Assembly: GCA_963796965.1 (NCBI GenBank)
Contig: CAWCNS010000011.1
Location: 352,001-416,000, forward strand
Source of the DNA: Calditrichia bacterium
Lineage (GTDB): Bacteria; Calditrichota; Calditrichia; JAJRVZ01
DNA: 64,000 nt
Direction of reading: 5' to 3'
In this document: piece by piece, positions 10,091 to 21,445 of the stretch
Layout of the letters: each line of letters opens with the position of its first letter
Position numbering within the stretch: position 1 is the stretch's first letter
Notes under the pieces: model-generated
What the model saw: the letters and a program-made list of their open reading frames with translations, nothing else
Told to the model about the DNA's origin: nothing
The model's database searches: none
Position numbers and translations under genes: made by a program

Positions 10091-10371
10091 TTATTAAAAT
10101 CAGAAGAAGCAAAATGAAGCATAGCTTCGGTAACCTCTACTCGGGGTAATTCTGTTACATCTAAGGGAAAATGAGCAAATAATTCTTTCTTTCCATCATT
10201 AATTTGTGTATTATTTTAGCAACCAACCAATTTAAAGCCGTATTTATAAAGAGATTGTATTGATATCCTTACGTCTTACAACACAGTAATATAATGCCAC
10301 TTCATACTCCTTTGAATGATATTTTTAAGGAATGCACCCATCACCTTAATTTTATTTAGGAGGGACACATT

Positions 10372-12802
10372 ATGAAAGCAAGTTTTACAAATCCCATTAT
10401 CCTTGCCATATTAATTATTATTATCATTCTATCCGCTTGTGAACAAAAGAAAAAATACCCTATCACGCACATAGAACTGCCCTCTGAATTTTCTGCGGAA
10501 TATTTCTATATGGATGTACCTCTTCCTGATGGTATTGCCGTCAAGAGTAATGGTGATTTACTGGTAGTAAACGAACGTGAACCTCAAGGTATCTTTTTAG
10601 CAACAAAAGGAGATTCGTTTGATGTGGGAGACGCATTTTCAACTACTGGACCTCCTTTCGAGAGCCCAGATGATATAGCCATCCATCCAGATGGGAGTGT
10701 CTTCGTTGGAGATGGTAATACAGGGGCATTATTCAAAATCAATTCCGACGGGGGTAAGCCCGAAGTCATTGTGTCCAAGGATTCTATAACGATAGCTAAC
10801 AATTTTAGTCCTTTTGGAATTACCATAGCACCATCTGATTTCAAAGGAGTAAATGTAGAATCCGGAGATGTAATTGTAGCTGATAATGGTTATCCCTTCT
10901 ATAAAGCAGTATGGGCCATTAACCCAACTACAGGAAAAACTAAAATCATTGCAAAAGGCGATGTTTTTATTGATGGTCCCCTACGCGTAGTAGCCGGTCC
11001 GGATGATATGCTTTATATCTATCAAAATAATAGTCTCTGGTAAAAATAGAATTGTAAGATTAGCGGCCAATGGCAAAGTCTCTTCGTTTCTTCCTCACGT
11101 ACCCGACCGTGGTAGTATAACTATTAATCCAGTTACAGGTGATTTATACTTTGGACTCGGGCATGACCTAAAACAAATTTGGTCGATTTCGACCAAGGGT
11201 GGTTACCCAAGCCTTTTTGCATCTGGATTCAAAGGACGTATACAGGATTTAGAATTCAGCCCTGACGGAAAATCTCTGTATATAAGTGCTGCAAATAATG
11301 TTATCGAAATAACAGGTCCCTTCCTTAAACCAATACGGGACGCAAAACCAACACAAGGTTCTATTGCAGGAGCTGTATCCAATGCAGAAGATAAAAGTGC
11401 ATATGCAAATGTGCCTATAGCAGCTTATCAAGGAAGTGATTATATAGCAAGAATACGGAGTGATGAGAATGGCCGCTACAATCTGATGCTACCGCCTGGA
11501 AATTATGCATTGAAACCATACGCAGTGGAATCCTTTGAACATGATTCTATTACCGTCATTGCCGGTCAAGAGCACATTTTTAATCTGGCGTTGAGACCTA
11601 TAAAGTTCCCAAATATAGTAAAGAAATGCATTGCCACTTATAAATCACTACAAGGCTATGGTGATAAAACAACGATGGTAATGAACATGATTAAAGATAA
11701 CAAAGATAATAAGAGAACAACTCAACTGTTGTTTTCCTTTGCACGTCCTAATCGCTTTCGATATGAAAATATAACAGATGTCTCAAAGGAAAAAATGGTT
11801 GGGGTAAGCGATGGCAAAGTTTTTACAAATTATATCGGTATGTTTGGTCAATATATTCAAAAAGATGCACCTGCTGTGCTTACATATGATGCTTTAAAAG
11901 CATCCATGAGAATATTTCTTGGAAATACCCTAGTACAAAAGCTGGTAATGAGCGAAGATCCTGCCAAGGAATTGCTAGAGTTTGTTGAAAAGGTTAATAT
12001 AACAAAAAGTCAGAATATGAATGGCGTTCCCGTCACCATAATCGACCTAACATTACCCGTGAGTTCCATTGATCCACGGATGATTCCACCCAAATCAAGA
12101 GTAGATACACCAGTAACTATGCGGGTGTGGATAGGAGAGAGAGATTTTTTAATACGGAAGGTGACCTATAAACTAAATATGGACTTGATAACAAGGGGTT
12201 TGCCTGATGAAAGGGGGGCGATGTTTAAAGACATGAAAATGGAGGTGATAGAAACACACTCCTTTGTAAAATTAAATCCTAATTTCTCAGATAAGATATT
12301 CACCTTTGTTCCGTCCGACGATGCAAAATTGGTCGAGCAATTCAGTCCCCCAAGAGCGCCAAGTCAAGATCTGTCCAAATTTGAAGGTAAACCTGCTCCA
12401 AATTTTGTGCTAAAAGATCTCGATGGCAGATATGTAAAACTTAATGATTTCCAAGGCAAGGTCCGAATCGTAAATTTCTGGGCGACATGGTGTGCTCCAT
12501 GCCGGCAAGAGATTCCGGAATTTATCGCTTTGCAATCAGAATATTCCTCAAAAGGATTCACTACAATTGGAATATCGGTAGACCGAGGTACAGAAGTTGT
12601 GCGTTCCTATGCCGATAAAAATAAAATAAATTATCCCATGCTAATGGCTGATGAGATTGTACAGAAAAGTTATGGTAATATTTCAGCCATACCCACAACT
12701 TTTGTCTTAGATAAAAATGGGATAGTACGTTATACATATATAGGTATGCCGTCAGACAAGAAAGTTTTTCAACAAAATGTGAAAGAATTGTTGGATCAAT
12801 AA
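10372..12802 (+). CDS. Lipoprotein: NHL/SGL-like propeller + carboxypeptidase-regulatory-like + LolA-like (DUF2092-like) + TlpA thioredoxin; one frameshift near 11035
   Basis: LSAC lipobox, propeller repeats continuing across ORFs 10372-11043 and 11003-12802, RPNRFRYE...VSDGK, NFWATWCAPC. Confidence 0.75.
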
Positions 12803-12899
12803 AAAAATTATTAAAAATGCCACTGCAGATAAATCGTTTGGTAATTACTGCCGCCATTGATGCAGCCAAAATGCTGGGCAGTACCGAAAATCCCTGAGC

Positions 12900-13001
12900 A
12901 GTGATAATACATTATTTGCAAAAGTAGATGGTGTGGTCACTTTCGAGAGAAAAGACCATTGACGGAAAAAAGCAAGTGTCTATCCACAGGCACATGCATA
13001 A
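12900..13001 (+). pseudogene. rpmA: 3' fragment of ribosomal protein L27 with internal stop
   Basis: Manual translation [32 protein letters not shown] matches the bL27 C-terminal consensus. Confidence 0.75.
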
Positions 13002-13149
13002 ATTTTTTTTCGCACGTGCATACAAAGGGTTGGTGTTGCGATAACAACAATCCTTTTTTATTGCTTCATTTCATTTGCAAAGCCACAAAGATTTTTCCAC
13101 GAATTATCCGTCTTCACCGGATCCGGCGTAACCGGCCACTAATGAAAAC

Positions 13150-13245
13150 AAATTTCACAAATTCCCAATTCCAAATTTCAAATCCGGCATCCCATATCGC
13201 GGATCACGGATCTCGTACCTCACAACGTGTATCACTAACCCCAAT
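13150..13245. repeat. Heptamer tract downstream of CTD gene
   Basis: aaatttcacaaattcccaattccaaatttcaaatcc and catcccatatcgcggatcacggatctcgtacctc periodic tracts. Confidence 0.5.
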
Positions 13246-13246
13246 T

Positions 13247-15031
13247 TCATCTGAGTAATATCATCTTCTTCACATCCTGAAATTCACCCGCTTCAATTCT
13301 GTACATGTATACCCCTGAAGCAAGATCACCACCATCAAACGGATACGTATGATTCCCTGCTCGTAGTTTGTCATTTACCAATGAAGCAACCTCTTCACCA
13401 AGTATGTTGTAGATTTTAAGTGTGACGAATTCGGATTTGGGTAGAGTGAAGTGAATAAATGTTGATGGGTTGAAGGGGTTGGGGTAGTTTTGTAAAATAG
13501 TAAAATCATTAGGAATACCTACGTAATATTCATTGACGGATGTTGGATCAAGTTTTACAATCAACTCGCCTGCCAAGTGGTTAAATTGCAGGGGTGTTTG
13601 TAGCAGTATTGAGCCAAATCCTGTAATTGTGTTGTTTTCTTCGTTTACTCCACCCACGTTGATAACTATGTTATCACCAATGCTAAATCCCATGATACTT
13701 GAAACTTCAAGGCTTTGACTGCCAATTGGTGTATCTTTTTTCAGAGACGTGGTAGTAGTAACAACATTATACCGTGCAATTGGCACGTAATGATGAGAGA
13801 AATCAAGTGGTTGTGACATACCTGAGGCGACGATTTTATCATCCTGAAGATTCAATGCCATAAGAAAATTATATTCATTATCAAAATCAGTTAAAATCAC
13901 TCCATTATCACCAAATGTGCTATCGATTGTACCAGAAGTATTATAACGAATCAGCATAAAATCATAATTTGTACCATTACTACCCGTCCCTCCAAAGATT
14001 ATCTTACCATCACTTTGAACAACTACCGCATCACTATGAGAATAAACACCACAACTGGCACAATTTGGTATAACTATTATTCCTGTTTTATTAAAAGTAG
14101 AATCCAGAATAACATTATTATTATACTTCTCAATAATATAATTCCATTCAGACTCATTTCTACTCCGACCAACAACGACTATCCCCCCATCATTATGAAT
14201 TACTACTGAACTTATGTAATAAATACTCCCTGACGCAATCGAAGTAATTACTGTTCCATTATTGTTATATGTATTATCTAAATTACCATCAGTATTGAAA
14301 CGTGCGGCAGCAACAGCACGATCATCTCCATTCTGAGTAAAACCTACAACAAATATTTTTCCACCTTCCTGAATTGACATTGATTGCACATTATCATTTC
14401 CACTCCCTATTGGTGCAATAACAATACCATCATTATTAAATGTAGAATCCAAACTGCCATTTATATTGTAACGTACAACAGCAAAATCATAATCACTTCC
14501 ATTCTGGGCGCCACCGGCAACAACTATTTTTCCATCTTCCTGAATTGAAATTGATCGCCCATATCCACTTCCACTCCCTATGGGTGTTACAACTATACCA
14601 CTATCATTAAAAGTGGAATCCAATATACCATCAGCAGTATAACGAAGGGCAGCAAGATCGCTATCACTTCCGTTATAAGTACCACCAGCGACAACTATTT
14701 TACTATCTTCCTGAATAGCAATAGAGTTTATGTAATCACTACTACTAAGATTAGTTATGGCAATCCCATCATTACCATATGTAGAATCCAAACTACCATC
14801 TGGATTATATCGAAAAGTGACAAAATCATATCCAAAATCATTTTCAAAATATCCTGACACTATAATTTTGTTATCTTTCTGGACAGCAATAGAGCGTGCC
14901 TCCTGACCTCCATAATTTCTTACATTAGTTATTACCTTACCACCATCTCCAAATGTGGGATCAAGCTCTCCATCTTGGGCATAACAATTAATTATACTAA
15001 ATAGGGTAAAAAATAAAGTGAGATTTCTCAT
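13247..15031 (-). CDS. Secreted delta-60 repeat beta-propeller protein with CTD
   Basis: Repeated IQEDGKIVVAG...RYNxDGSLDSTFxxDG units; NYPNPFNP...KKMILLR. Confidence 0.9.
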   Translation of the reverse strand: MRNLTLFFTLFSIINCYAQDGELDPTFGDGGKVITNVRNYGGQEARSIAVQKDNKIIVSGYFENDFGYDFVTFRYNPDGSLDSTYGNDGIAITNLSSSDYINSIAIQEDSKIVVAGGTYNGSDSDLAALRYTADGILDSTFNDSGIVVTPIGSGSGYGRSISIQEDGKIVVAGGAQNGSDYDFAVVRYNINGSLDSTFNNDGIVIAPIGSGNDNVQSMSIQEGGKIFVVGFTQNGDDRAVAAARFNTDGNLDNTYNNNGTVITSIASGSIYYISSVVIHNDGGIVVVGRSRNESEWNYIIEKYNNNVILDSTFNKTGIIVIPNCASCGVYSHSDAVVVQSDGKIIFGGTGSNGTNYDFMLIRYNTSGTIDSTFGDNGVILTDFDNEYNFLMALNLQDDKIVASGMSQPLDFSHHYVPIARYNVVTTTTSLKKDTPIGSQSLEVSSIMGFSIGDNIVINVGGVNEENNTITGFGSILLQTPLQFNHLAGELIVKLDPTSVNEYYVGIPNDFTILQNYPNPFNPSTFIHFTLPKSEFVTLKIYNILGEEVASLVNDKLRAGNHTYPFDGGDLASGVYMYRIEAGEFQDVKKMILLR

Positions 15032-15335
15032 AATATGACCTCTGCTTAGTTATGACAAAGACTTAGCATATATTAAATATTTATTTATAATAATTATGAA
15101 AACAGAAATATGATTAAATGGAAACAATCAATATTCTAAGAATAATATTATTTGGAATGTTTCAACATTTTGTTCTTTTAAATAAAAAAATAAAAGTGTT
15201 TATGTGGGTATACTATGCAATAATATATAAAAAAAGGGCCAATGTCAAAAGCTGTAGTTAGTGTTGAAAATGATGATTTAAAGTTAAATATTAAATTTAC
15301 AGATTAGTAAATAAAACACAGAAATTGTATAAATG

Positions 15336-15370
15336 AAAAAGGCTTTGAGAATCACCCAAAGCCTTTTTTA
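15336..15370. terminator. Intrinsic terminator
   Basis: aaaaaggctttg...caaagcctttttt. Confidence 0.7.
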
Positions 15371-15399
15371 TTAATAATGTTAGAAGAGAAACTTAATCA

Positions 15400-17160
15400 T
15401 TATTTCGTGAGAACTAATTTCTTCACACTTCTAAAATCACCTGCTGTTAGTTCGTAGTAATAGATTCCGCTGGATAAATCCGAGCCATTAAATTCAATAT
15501 TATAATGTCCTTCATTTAAAAATGATTTCACTAACTGGTTTATCACCCTTCCACTGATATCATAAACTTTAAGCGAAACAAATGTATCTTTGGGTATATC
15601 AAAAGTAATAGTAGTGGATGGATTAAATGGATTCGGGTAATTTTGATGTAAATTAAATTGAGTAGGTACTCCAGGATCTGATGATAATCCCTGGTGTTTA
15701 TACAGGATATTTTGAGATGGATTTACCTGCCCGGTGGGAATGGTCTGTTGTTCGTTTACTAGTTCTGCTAAATCCTTGGCCAGTTCATCGTTTTCTGGAT
15801 TAGAATCCAGTAATAATTCTGAGGTATAGGTTAGAACATCCGCTGCGGTATAATTATCTTCGGTAACAATTTCATATTGAGCGATTTTTTGAGACATGAT
15901 GTTTAAAGCTAATGCTGCAATATGTGACTTGGCCTTTGCCTCCATGCCGGCATTACCTTTGACACTCATCACATTTTGCCAGTCTTCAAAGGATGTTTCG
16001 TTAAAGAAGATATTGAACCTAGGATCATATCGATTATGAACTTCAGAAATAAATGTAGTGAGATCTTCTGCTGATTCGTGGGCGTTGCCCTTTTCCTTCA
16101 CATAGACATCAAATTGGTGCTTCCAATAGCCCTTGCTTCTGGATTGGTTAACTACTAATATTTCTGTAAGATTAAAGTTAATCGTACTGGTTTCATTTGC
16201 AGTAACTATTGTAGTTTTTGGATTTCCATCAGAAACATAACCAAGCGGCTCTACAATCATTACCTGATAACTTGCTAATGGAGCATCACAAAATGAATAC
16301 GCCCCATTTGTATCTGTATAAACATCATCAAATCCATCTACTGGTAATCCAAACTCATCCAATAATTTAACTAGTACATTTTCTAATCCATTACCGTTAA
16401 CTGAGACTGTGCCAGAGATTAATCCTGTCTGAGATGTACATGTAGATTCACTATAATATAATTCTGTTATTTCTTCTTGGGTCAGTGCGCGATTATAAAT
16501 TCGTATATCATCAATGTCACCTTTAAAGTAAATCGGATCAAAATAAATTGCAGCACCGATAAGGACATTTGAATTACTTATAAAAATGCTTCCTAAACGA
16601 CCTTCGGTTACTGCAATAAGATTCCCATTCTCATAATACTTAATAAGGTTATCCTGCTGACTATATATTCCTACATAGTGTTTGTAGTCAGATGATTGTT
16701 GAAGATAATCGTAGCCAGCATGAGCGGCTGAATAGCCATTCGCTCCAATAACACTAAATGTATAGGGCAAAAGCCTCCAACTTCCTTGATTATGAATAAC
16801 ATATTTCCATTTACTAATAATACAATTTGTACTTGTTGCATCTTCAACCCGTGCCCAAGCTGATATTGTGATTGCCTCATGAATATTTAAAATAGCTGGA
16901 TTACCTAAATCGATGAAGTCATCTACACCATCAAAATGGAATGCACTTTCAGGATTTCCACAGCGATCTTCTGTAAGTGTAGCACCATAAGTAGTACCAT
17001 TGGATCCATTACCGGTTTCATCATTCGCATTTCCATTAAACGGGTAATATGCTACGAGTCCATCCGAGATCGTTTGTGCCCATGTAATACCCGTAAAACA
17101 GAGCAGCAAAGCGAATATCATTAGACCTTTTAGAAATTGAAATAAAAAATGTTTTCTCAT
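15400..17160 (-). CDS. Secreted LamG-like + SdrD-B/carboxypeptidase-regulatory-like + unknown helical domain + CTD
   Basis: GLVAYYPFNGNAND...FKGDIDDIRIYNRAL, TDTNGAYSF, SKGYWKHQ, CTD. Confidence 0.85.
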   Translation of the reverse strand: MRKHFLFQFLKGLMIFALLLCFTGITWAQTISDGLVAYYPFNGNANDETGNGSNGTTYGATLTEDRCGNPESAFHFDGVDDFIDLGNPAILNIHEAITISAWARVEDATSTNCIISKWKYVIHNQGSWRLLPYTFSVIGANGYSAAHAGYDYLQQSSDYKHYVGIYSQQDNLIKYYENGNLIAVTEGRLGSIFISNSNVLIGAAIYFDPIYFKGDIDDIRIYNRALTQEEITELYYSESTCTSQTGLISGTVSVNGNGLENVLVKLLDEFGLPVDGFDDVYTDTNGAYSFCDAPLASYQVMIVEPLGYVSDGNPKTTIVTANETSTINFNLTEILVVNQSRSKGYWKHQFDVYVKEKGNAHESAEDLTTFISEVHNRYDPRFNIFFNETSFEDWQNVMSVKGNAGMEAKAKSHIAALALNIMSQKIAQYEIVTEDNYTAADVLTYTSELLLDSNPENDELAKDLAELVNEQQTIPTGQVNPSQNILYKHQGLSSDPGVPTQFNLHQNYPNPFNPSTTITFDIPKDTFVSLKVYDISGRVINQLVKSFLNEGHYNIEFNGSDLSSGIYYYELTAGDFRSVKKLVLTK

Positions 17161-17945
17161 AATAGCACCTTTTTAGTTGGTTAGCAGTCATAGTTCATTC
17201 CCAAATTCTATTCCACTCCAACATTCCTCCTTTCTAAAATTGGATTTATAGTCTAAAAACTAAACACAGTTATATTATTATTTATGAATTAACTAATAAA
17301 TTCTTAGCACTTTATATAGTCTTTGATGCCGTCGGTTAAAATAGTATGACTTTATCCAGTTGATATGTTTGCTGTCTACTAAACAAACAAACTAATTACA
17401 TCTTAATGATAGTATTTTACGCACTGTAACTTATTTGAGATATATATTCTAATAGATTTAAAGGGGATATGTAAATTGTATTATAGAAATATAAAGGATG
17501 AATATCAATAAAATTATTAGACAACTATTCATTAGTGATGATTATTTTAACTCCTGTTTACCTCTCATATTATATTGCCAGTTGCCATAACTTTCAGAGA
17601 AATTTCAAATTGTTTCCCATTACTCATAATCTTATTCACTTTCAGCAATTAACTGTCACCTATTTGTCACTTGACTAATCACTAAATCTAAGAGCGTTGA
17701 TAACTTAAAACCACAAAACTTCACAAACTCTTTTTTTTCAGTGTTTTACATTGTATGGAGGATGAATGGCTCTAACTTACTAGCTTTAAGGACGTAGGAT
17801 TTTTAGTGCCTGTTCCATTTGAATATAAACAACTGTTTATTATATATATACCTTGTTTTATCTTTAAAATCCAAGATTTATAACTTATTATTTTTCCTCT
17901 ACTTTCCTCTATTGCCCCCTTCTGTCTTTGACAGTGTTTGCCAAA

Positions 17946-19247
17946 TCACCTGAGCAGCACCATCTTCTTCACAGCCTGAAAATCGCCCGCTTGGATTCTG
18001 TAGTAGTAAATTCCACTGGTAAAGGCACTGGCATTCCATTTAACCTGATGAGTTCCTGCATTTTGTTGTCTGTCCACTAATGTAGTAACTTTTTGTCCGA
18101 GTAGGTTGTAGATATTTAATTCAACGTAATTCGTAATTGGTAATTCGTAATTAATCATTGTGGTCGTATTAAATGGATTAGGAAAATTTACAATTTTGAC
18201 ACTTATAGGAGCCTTGAATTCCCGATTAATATTTGTGAATTGATCATACATGATATACGTTTTACTCTTATTTATCCATTCAATATCATTCCAGAACTGT
18301 CCCAAAATTTCAACATTGTTCCCATTTAAATCGTATTTATGCAAAGTTATAACATGGTTGATCCAAGTATCGATAGTCCAGTTTTGTTCTAACGATTCAA
18401 TCAATTCTCCATTCGCATTATATTTTATTGACACTCGATAATCATTCACCCAATCCACATTGATCCAATCTTGGCCAATTATATCAATAAGATTGCTGCA
18501 TTTATCATAGGTGTATTTACTTATCTGATCATTTACCCAAAGAGAATCATTCCAATTTTTTTTTAATTGTGCAATATTATTTCCTTTAGAATCATATGTT
18601 CTTATCGCTTTCTTCTCATTGATCCATTCCAGACCCTTCCATTTTTGCTTCACGCTCCCAATATTATTACCATCAGAATCATAGTTTTTGGTATATTTCA
18701 CATCATTTATCCAGGCAGTATCATGATAAACCTGGTGTAACTCCACCACTGTATTACCGTTTTTGTCACGCTTATATGTATATTTTATATCACTTATCCA
18801 CTCATATCCATTCCAAAATTGAAATAACCGTTCAACCTCTTTTCCCATTTCATCGTATGTAAAATAAACGATATGATCATCAGTCCAGGCAAGATTCTCC
18901 CATTCAAACCCTTCATATTTAATTAGTATTGATCTAGTATCATAGGTATATATATACTTCGCTCTATTAATCCATGTATTTCCTTTCCAATTTTGAAGTG
19001 TCCGTTCAATCTTATTTCCAAATTGATCATATTCGTAATTAGATCTTGTTTCGTGAACCCAAACAGAATCATTCCACAGATCTAAAACTTCTTCAACTTT
19101 TTTGAAATGAGGGTTATCCGATAAATGAGCCTTTTCTTTGAATAATAGACGATCACTACCTTGAACAGGATTTAAGGCATAGATTTGTTGTACGACAGGA
19201 AAATGGGAGAAGTTAAATAAAGCGATTATTAAAACAAGAAGATTCAT
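17946..19247 (-). CDS. Secreted Trp/Tyr-rich repeat protein (YTYDxxGN...WxxxxWxN) with CTD
   Basis: About ten 29-aa repeats; NFPNPFN...KKMVLLR. Confidence 0.85.
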   Translation of the reverse strand: MNLLVLIIALFNFSHFPVVQQIYALNPVQGSDRLLFKEKAHLSDNPHFKKVEEVLDLWNDSVWVHETRSNYEYDQFGNKIERTLQNWKGNTWINRAKYIYTYDTRSILIKYEGFEWENLAWTDDHIVYFTYDEMGKEVERLFQFWNGYEWISDIKYTYKRDKNGNTVVELHQVYHDTAWINDVKYTKNYDSDGNNIGSVKQKWKGLEWINEKKAIRTYDSKGNNIAQLKKNWNDSLWVNDQISKYTYDKCSNLIDIIGQDWINVDWVNDYRVSIKYNANGELIESLEQNWTIDTWINHVITLHKYDLNGNNVEILGQFWNDIEWINKSKTYIMYDQFTNINREFKAPISVKIVNFPNPFNTTTMINYELPITNYVELNIYNLLGQKVTTLVDRQQNAGTHQVKWNASAFTSGIYYYRIQAGDFQAVKKMVLLR

Positions 19248-19338
19248 TTTTAAACAGAATTTATAGTTAATTCACTAAAGAGTCGGTCATTTATTTCCTA
19301 TCTTGGCCGAAATGTATAATTTGTTTTATCATGTTTGA

Positions 19339-20370
19339 TCAAGGCTGAAAAACAGGCATAAAATCACCATTCGGACTATTGGTTAACCTAGTTTGCTCCA
19401 CTACCGTCAGTATTCATAATGTATATTTCATCATTCCCATCTCTGGTGGATTGAAAGGCAATTTTAATACCATCGGGAGAATAAGTAGGCAAATTATCAA
19501 TAGCCGGATTATTGGTTAAATTGGTTTGTCCACTACCGTCTGTATTCATAATGTATATTTCATCATTCCCATCTCTGGTGGATTGAAAGGCAATTTTAAT
19601 ATCATCGGGAGAATAAGTAGGCAAATTATCAATAGCTCGGACTATTGGTTAACTTGGTTTGTCTCACTACCGTCTGAATTCATAATGTATATTTCCCAAT
19701 TATCCATCCCTTTCAGAAACAAAAGCGATTTTAGAACCATCGGGAGAAAAAGTAGTCCATTAATCAAAAGCCGGATTATTGGTTAACTTGGTTTGTCCAC
19801 TACCGTATGTATTCATAATGTATATTTCAAAATTACCATCTCTGTCAGATACAAAGGCGATTTTAGAACCATCGGGAGAAAAAGTAGGCCCACCTTCATT
19901 ATTCGGATTATTGGTTAAATTGGTTTGCCCACTACCGTCTGAATTCATAATGTATATTTCAACATTACCATCTCTGTTAGATGAGAAGGCGATTTTAGAA
20001 CCATCGGGAGAAAAATAGGCCAACTATCATTAGCCGGATTATTGGTTAAATTGATTTGTCCACTACCGTCTATATTCATAATGTATATTTCAAAATTATT
20101 ATCTCTTCTAGATACAAAGGCTATTTTAGAACCATCATGAGAGAAAACCCAAGGCCAATCATCACTCTCGTTCTGAGTTAGGTTTAATTGATTACTCCCG
20201 ACTACCATTCATTATGTAGATTTCATTATTGCCATCACGTCTGGATGTAAAAGTCATCCTTCCTTTGTAATGATCAATCTCAGGTTCTACAGCACTTTTT
20301 TTACACTCGGGAAAAGTCCAAAGGATCAAAAAAATGAGAATAAATAGGAAGAGGTTTTTTCTACTTTTAT
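19339..20370 (-). pseudogene. TolB-like PD40 repeat protein, several frameshifts
   Basis: About 132-bp tandem units (FSPDGSKIAFxSxRDGNxEIYIMNxDGSGQTNLTNNP) split over ORFs 19945-20208, 19760-20023 and 19388-19624; GGAG RBS followed by ATA and a hydrophobic leader. Confidence 0.75.
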
Positions 20371-20674
20371 GACTTTCTCCTTACTCTACCCAGGTATTGT
20401 AAAAATTTTTATTTCTCAAAGATTTATATCTATGAAGAAAGTAACTGATTACACTAATCAGATTCAGTTTGCGGTCTGTTAAGACGAATGGGAGTGGATC
20501 AATAAGAAGATATGAAGATTAAGGTGGGATTACAATAAAAATCGGAAACACCTTATAATTTAAGAATCTCCTACCAACGTCAAGTATTTTTTCCAGTCAA
20601 CGACATTCATTATTACCGAAATATGATTTAGGAATGATGTAACGAAAGGAGCCTGTAAGGCGACTGAAGTTACA

Positions 20675-21445
20675 TCATTCATGCGGGCTTTTTTTACCTC
20701 CTCTTCGTTGTGAGTGTTCTAATCTGTAACTGTCAATATTGAGTTCTAATATTATGCTATGATGCACCAGCCGATCTATGGCAGCTGCGGTAGTCATCGG
20801 ATCTTTAAATATCTGCTCCCATTTTGAAAACGGAAGATTACTTGTAATCATCACACTGCCTCGTTCATATCTATCGGCAAGCAATGTAAAAAGCACCTCC
20901 ATCTCTTCTCGATTTTGCTGGACATATCCGAGATCATCGATGATTATGGCATCATACTTTGATATCTTCTTGAAAAACTGAGGCAGTTTTAAATCCCGTT
21001 TGGCAACTAACATTTCTTGAACCAGAAAATTACAAGGCCTGAATAAAACTCTACGCTCATTCAAGATAAGTTCCTGACCGATGGCGCAAAGCAAATGAGT
21101 TTTACCACTCCCTGGATTGCCAAAGGCGAGAATGTTTTCAGTCCGGTCAAGAAAGGAACCATCCAGCAATATGTTTAACTGGGCATCTATCTTTTGAGGC
21201 AGTCTTTTGCGTTCAAACGAAGATAAGGTTTTCTCTAAAGGCAACTTGGAATCTCGCAGGAACCGGGCAATACGCTTCTCACGACGTGCCTGACATTCAA
21301 CATCCACCATACCTAATAAATATTGCTCATAACTTAATGACTCGGCCCTGGCAGCCTCAGATTGCTCAGGGTAACATTCCCGGATTGCCGGCAGATGTAA
21401 TTCTTTGAGAGAGTGTGTTAATCTTGTTTCGATCTGTTTTCCCAT
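20675..21445 (-). CDS. istB: IS21 helper ATPase IstB
   Basis: GNPGSGKTHL, IIIDDLGY, ITSNLPFSKW, AAIDRLVHH. Confidence 0.95.
   Translation of the reverse strand: MGKQIETRLTHSLKELHLPAIRECYPEQSEAARAESLSYEQYLLGMVDVECQARREKRIARFLRDSKLPLEKTLSSFERKRLPQKIDAQLNILLDGSFLDRTENILAFGNPGSGKTHLLCAIGQELILNERRVLFRPCNFLVQEMLVAKRDLKLPQFFKKISKYDAIIIDDLGYVQQNREEMEVLFTLLADRYERGSVMITSNLPFSKWEQIFKDPMTTAAAIDRLVHHSIILELNIDSYRLEHSQRRGGKKSPHE

Noticed and set aside
12960..12962. In-frame TGA as selenocysteine or recoding
   Set aside because: It lies in a start-less L27 fragment at a non-Cys position, and TGA is used as a stop elsewhere in the window.
19390..20200. Regular 132-bp repeats as a CRISPR array or DGR template/variable pair
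   Set aside because: Units are contiguous coding repeats without unique spacers; no cas or reverse transcriptase gene in the window; differences are not adenine-specific.
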